Under the pieces are notes generated by a model that was given only the letters and a program-made list of their open reading frames with translations, had not been told where the DNA came from and searched no databases. This document shows positions 57,365-64,000 of a stretch of 64,000 bases of DNA, piece after piece; positions within the stretch are counted from its first letter, which is position 1, and every line of letters begins with the position of its first letter. The stretch spans positions 3,136,001-3,200,000 of the forward strand of contig OZ241875.1 in NCBI GenBank assembly GCA_965203325.1, in the 5' to 3' direction. Origin of the DNA: a bacterium. GTDB taxonomy: Bacteria; UBA8248. The position numbers were made by a program, and so were the translations under genes.

Positions 57365-57700
57365 GTGAATGAAGAGGACGCTCCCAGGCTGCCGCGCTCC
57401 TACGAGGGGCTCGGCGCCCTGCAAGCCGAATTCGCGCGCTACCAGGAAGAAGCGTTTCCGGAGCGCGAGCCCCGGTTTTTCGCCCTGGAGCTTGCGGGCG
57501 AGACGGGCGAACTCGCGAACCTGGAGAAAAAGGAGTGGAAGGGCCGCGAGATAGACCAGGCGGCCTATACCGACGAGGCGGCGGATGTCATGATCGCCGT
57601 GATGAACTACGCCAACGCGCGGGGGATCGATTTGGCCGAGGCCGTTTCGGAGAAAATGGCCAAGATCGAGCGCATCAGAAGGGAGCGGCCCGAGAAATAG
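57365..57700 (+). CDS. MazG-like nucleotide pyrophosphohydrolase
   Basis: ELAGETGELAN..KK, DEAADV, IDLAEAV.EKM. Confidence 0.75.
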   Translation: MNEEDAPRLPRSYEGLGALQAEFARYQEEAFPEREPRFFALELAGETGELANLEKKEWKGREIDQAAYTDEAADVMIAVMNYANARGIDLAEAVSEKMAKIERIRRERPEK

Positions 57701-57804
57701 GCCCGAGACCCTGCATTTTCGGTGCTTGGGGCGGCGCCGGAAAGAGTGGAAAACAAGCCGCTGCATGAATGTTCTGTAAACCAGAGCGGAAAGGATGAGA
57801 TTCG

Positions 57805-58614
57805 ATGTCAGGCCTCCCGACGGAGCCGGCCGACCTCGCCGACGTGCAGGCGAGTTCCGATGAGCGAAACGTCAAGATAGACAAGGTGGGTGTCAAGAAC
57901 ATCCGCTACCCCATCGTGGTGAAGGACCGGGCGAAGGACGCCCAGCACACCATCGGCAACGTCAACATGTATGTGGACCTGCCGCACCACTTCAAGGGCA
58001 CCCACATGAGCCGGTTCCTGGAAGTGTTGAACGAGCACACCGACGCCATCGGCGTGGACAGCGTGCCCTCGCTCCTGCAGACGATTCGCGAGCGCCTGGA
58101 CGCGCAGACGGCGCATTTTTCCGTCACCTTTCCCTACTTCATGCACAAGGCCGCCCCGGTGACGGGCGCGGAGGGCCTGATGGCGCTCGAGTGCGGCTTC
58201 GAGGCTTCCGCCGGCGCGACGGACGATTTCGTCCTGAGCATCATGGTGCGCATCGCCACGCTGTGTCCGTGTTCGAAGGAGATCAGCCTGCGCGGCGCGC
58301 ACAACCAGCGGGGTCACGTGCGCATCAAGGTGCGCTTCGACGGCGAGTTCTGGATCGAGGAGCTCGTCGAGGTCGCAGAGAGCGCCGGAAGCTGCGCGCT
58401 CTATCCGATCTTAAAGCGCGAGGATGAGAAGTTCGTCACCGAGACGGCTTTCGACAACCCCCGCTTCGTGGAGGACGTGGTGCGCGAGGCGGCCCTCCTG
58501 CTCCGGAACGACAAGCGAATCCGCTGGTTCCAGGTGGAAGTCGAGAACTTCGAGTCCATCCACGACCACAACGCCTACGCCTTCATCGAGGAAGAGGTGA
58601 GTCCCAAAGAGTAG
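57805..58614 (+). CDS. folE2: GTP cyclohydrolase IB
   Basis: DVQ, IDKVGV, KGTHMSRF, TLCPCSK, AHNQR, NPRFVED, ESIHDHNA. Confidence 0.92.
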   Translation: MSGLPTEPADLADVQASSDERNVKIDKVGVKNIRYPIVVKDRAKDAQHTIGNVNMYVDLPHHFKGTHMSRFLEVLNEHTDAIGVDSVPSLLQTIRERLDAQTAHFSVTFPYFMHKAAPVTGAEGLMALECGFEASAGATDDFVLSIMVRIATLCPCSKEISLRGAHNQRGHVRIKVRFDGEFWIEELVEVAESAGSCALYPILKREDEKFVTETAFDNPRFVEDVVREAALLLRNDKRIRWFQVEVENFESIHDHNAYAFIEEEVSPKE

Positions 58615-58629
58615 TTCGTTTCGGGCGGG

Positions 58630-58929
58630 TTTTTGGTTCTACCCCCCGACAAGAGGGCCAGGGGGTTGCCTTTTGGGGTGAGGGTTTTGTAGGGGCGGGC
58701 CTCCGTGCCCGCCCGTATTTGGAAGGCCGCTGGACAACCCTGTTGGATTGTCTATCCACGTTGTTATTCCTCGTCAGGACAGGCACAGGGGCCTGTCCCT
58801 ACGGCGCGTAATCTCGATTGTAGTGGGCCGTTCACGAGAACGGCCCTTCCCGGAGGAGCGGGCGCTTCAAGAAGCGCCCCTACAATAGGTGCCCCCTCAC
58901 TTGTCATCGGATTTTTTTCAACAGCCCCC
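58630..58929. repeat. REP/MITE composite repeat
   Basis: GTAGGGGCGGGCC, GGACAGG..CCTGTCCCTAC, GGGGCGCTTCAAGAAGCGCCCCTAC, end TTTTTCAACAGCCCC. Confidence 0.75.
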
Positions 58930-59156
58930 AGATCGATGACTCGTTCGGTTATGTTTTGGACCGAAAACAGATCGTCGTCGTATTTCTCTTTGGCGAAAAC
59001 GACCGCGTCGTGCACGGAATCGAAAACGTGCACCACCTTTTCGCCGCGCATGAGGGCGAACCTTTCGTTGTGTTCTTCAATCAGTTCCGGCAGCAGTTTC
59101 TGAAAAGCCTGGTAATTTTTGTCCACTTCGGCCTGAATGGCAGTATGATCCATCAT
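58764..59156 (-). CDS. Small hypothetical protein whose C-terminus reads into the MITE
   Basis: GGAGG RBS; protein-like to ...VIDLG, then AVEK is encoded by the MITE TIR. Confidence 0.55.
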   Translation of the reverse strand: MMDHTAIQAEVDKNYQAFQKLLPELIEEHNERFALMRGEKVVHVFDSVHDAVVFAKEKYDDDLFSVQNITERVIDLGAVEKNPMTSEGAPIVGALLEAPAPPGRAVLVNGPLQSRLRAVGTGPCACPDEE

Positions 59157-59914
59157 CGTTCCTCCCCGGATATCTCAGGCAAACCTCCATGCGTGGCGGG
59201 TTCACGATATACCTTGCGCGTCTTTGGCGCTGCAAAACTAATATATGGCATACGACCTTATGTTTTAATACACGATGCCATCCTCGATGCGTTTTCACGG
59301 CGAATATCAGACCAACAAACAAAATTTCCTTACAGCGACGAGCTAAACGGAGGTATCCCATGTTTCACGCGGCATTTCCGGAAACCCCTCATCCAAAATT
59401 TTGGTAGTGGAGCAGTTTGAAATAGCTCACCGCGTTACTGCTAGAGTGGCTCGGTCTTTGAGTATCAAGAGAGGGAATACGGAAATGTCGCTAGACCTCT
59501 TGCCCGTCATTACCGTGAACATCGCGTTGGTTGTCGTGTCGGCGATCGCGGGATATCTCGCCCGTAAAAATAGGTAGGAGCGTGGACTTGTTGAACCTTT
59601 GGCGTTCTTCGATGTAAAATCCCGGACATAAAATAGCCCCCGGTACCAGTCGGGGGCGAGGGGTGTTTCAGATTCCTTTGCCAAGAAGGACTCTGAAATA
59701 TCTCTCATTCTCATTTTTTGTCAAGCGGCGCACCCGACTGGTGAGTCCGCGAGGTGGGGAGAGTGCAATGTTGCATCCAGTACGGCTAAAAGTGGAAGCG
59801 AAAGCCGAAGGATATGGCCGAGTCGTATTTACGGGACCTCCATCGCAAATCAATGGTCGACCGACCAGTCCGCACACCGAGAAATCAGCCGTCTGGGGTT
59901 GGTAATAAATCGAA

Positions 59915-60247
59915 ATGTGGAAACGATTTGTTGCGTGGGTACAGCACTTAGGATGGACTACATTTTTCCATATATTGAGCTTCATATTCATCATCTTGCT
60001 TTGGCGTTATCGTCCCATGTACGGAATCAAATGGGTGGAATATGAATTAGATCATCTGACCGTGTGGATGACTCTCACGCAGATAGTCCTCGCGTCCGTT
60101 GTGATCATTCTAATAACCCTGGGGATAATGACTTTTGATAGAATAAGCAAGATTGAAGATAAAATTGATGGTAGAAGATTTGTTTTTCCTGAAAACCCAG
60201 GTAGCAAACCGAAAGAGGGGCCAAACCATGAATTCCTTGACGATTAG
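59915..60247 (+). CDS. Hypothetical two-TM membrane protein
   Basis: Two hydrophobic segments; AT-rich. Confidence 0.55.
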   Translation: MWKRFVAWVQHLGWTTFFHILSFIFIILLWRYRPMYGIKWVEYELDHLTVWMTLTQIVLASVVIILITLGIMTFDRISKIEDKIDGRRFVFPENPGSKPKEGPNHEFLDD

Positions 60248-60524
60248 CGAGCATGTGAGCAGCCTGCAGGCACAAGTAGATTTCTTGGGATACATTTGTT
60301 CACGTTTAATGCGAGAAACCAAAGTATCCGAAAACATAAAAAGTGAATTTGTAGATTTGCTCAAAGGGCAATATGAAACATTATCTCCTAACTATTTGGA
60401 TGGCATGGAGCGTGGTTTCAGGAATGTATTTAAAGAAAGTATACCTAGTCATATCGAAACGTCTGCAGAATTATCTGAACGCGTTAAAACTGTAATTGAG
60501 AAAGTGCGCGGAGAAAAAATATAA
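60228..60524 (+). CDS. Hypothetical protein
   Basis: ATG 60228 after GAGGGG; operon-like overlap; shares (Y/F)LDGM motif with next ORF. Confidence 0.5.
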   Translation: MNSLTISEHVSSLQAQVDFLGYICSRLMRETKVSENIKSEFVDLLKGQYETLSPNYLDGMERGFRNVFKESIPSHIETSAELSERVKTVIEKVRGEKI

Positions 60525-60525
60525 T

Positions 60526-60726
60526 ATGGATGACAAGCAAATGGGGGAGAATTTTGGGATTATAATTTTGTTTCATACGATTATGAAATTTTTGGCAACA
60601 GAAGAACAGACAAAAGAAATTTACTCCGATTTGAAAATATGGCTAGAAATCGATAATCCTGAGATTGGAGCTGAATTTTTGGATGGAATGAAAGAAGTCA
60701 TTAGAGATGTGATAGAATTTTCATAG
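60526..60726 (+). CDS. Hypothetical protein
   Basis: ATG 1 nt after previous stop, GGAG upstream. Confidence 0.45.
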   Translation: MDDKQMGENFGIIILFHTIMKFLATEEQTKEIYSDLKIWLEIDNPEIGAEFLDGMKEVIRDVIEFS

Positions 60727-60836
60727 CACACTTCCCAACTGATCCACTACCAAAATTTTGTGCTTTTCTCGCACCCCAAAATCGCTTATAACCATCTTTT
60801 GGTTTGAATCTTTAAGCATTTGATTCGGGACGGTTT

Positions 60837-64000
<3,164 letters not shown>

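Larger units (their letters stand above)
59403..60751. mobile_element. Non-autonomous IS1-like element carrying AT-rich passenger ORFs
   Basis: TIRs GGTAGTGGAGCAGTT / AACTGATCCACTACC (14/15); flanking AAAATTTT at 59395-59402 and 60752-60759. Confidence 0.72.

Noticed and set aside
59180..60836. Cobalamin or SAM riboswitch upstream of metH
   Set aside because: No conserved riboswitch core recognised on either side of the insertion

Overview
GC-rich bacterial window with about 50 supportable CDSs and many palindromic MITE/REP-like intergenic repeats. The main feature is a ~15 kb NHLP (proteusin-type) RiPP gene cluster at 5333-20455. It encodes a flavin-dependent halogenase, a short HlyD-like protein, a C39 peptidase-ABC transporter, a second NHLM ABC transporter, an NHLP-leader/class II terpene-cyclase-like fusion, an AlkB-type diiron enzyme fused to a degenerate GlnE domain, an RRE-E1-YcaO cyclodehydratase and a candidate prenyltransferase. 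A convergent precursor has a predicted core of only five residues (LCCCW). Other notable elements: a 2-hydroxyisobutyryl-CoA mutase operon; a sugar ABC ATPase with an inserted transmembrane block; a DUF3800 gene bracketed by two covarying copies of an 87-nt structured RNA next to a HEPN gene; an ABC-ATPase/nuclease pair; a deiodinase-like selenoprotein split by an in-frame TGA; a Panacea toxin-antitoxin pair; and a transposase-less IS1-like element with an 8-bp TSD upstream of metH. No CRISPR array, rRNA or tRNA was recognised. All calls come from reading motifs by eye; no database searches were run.
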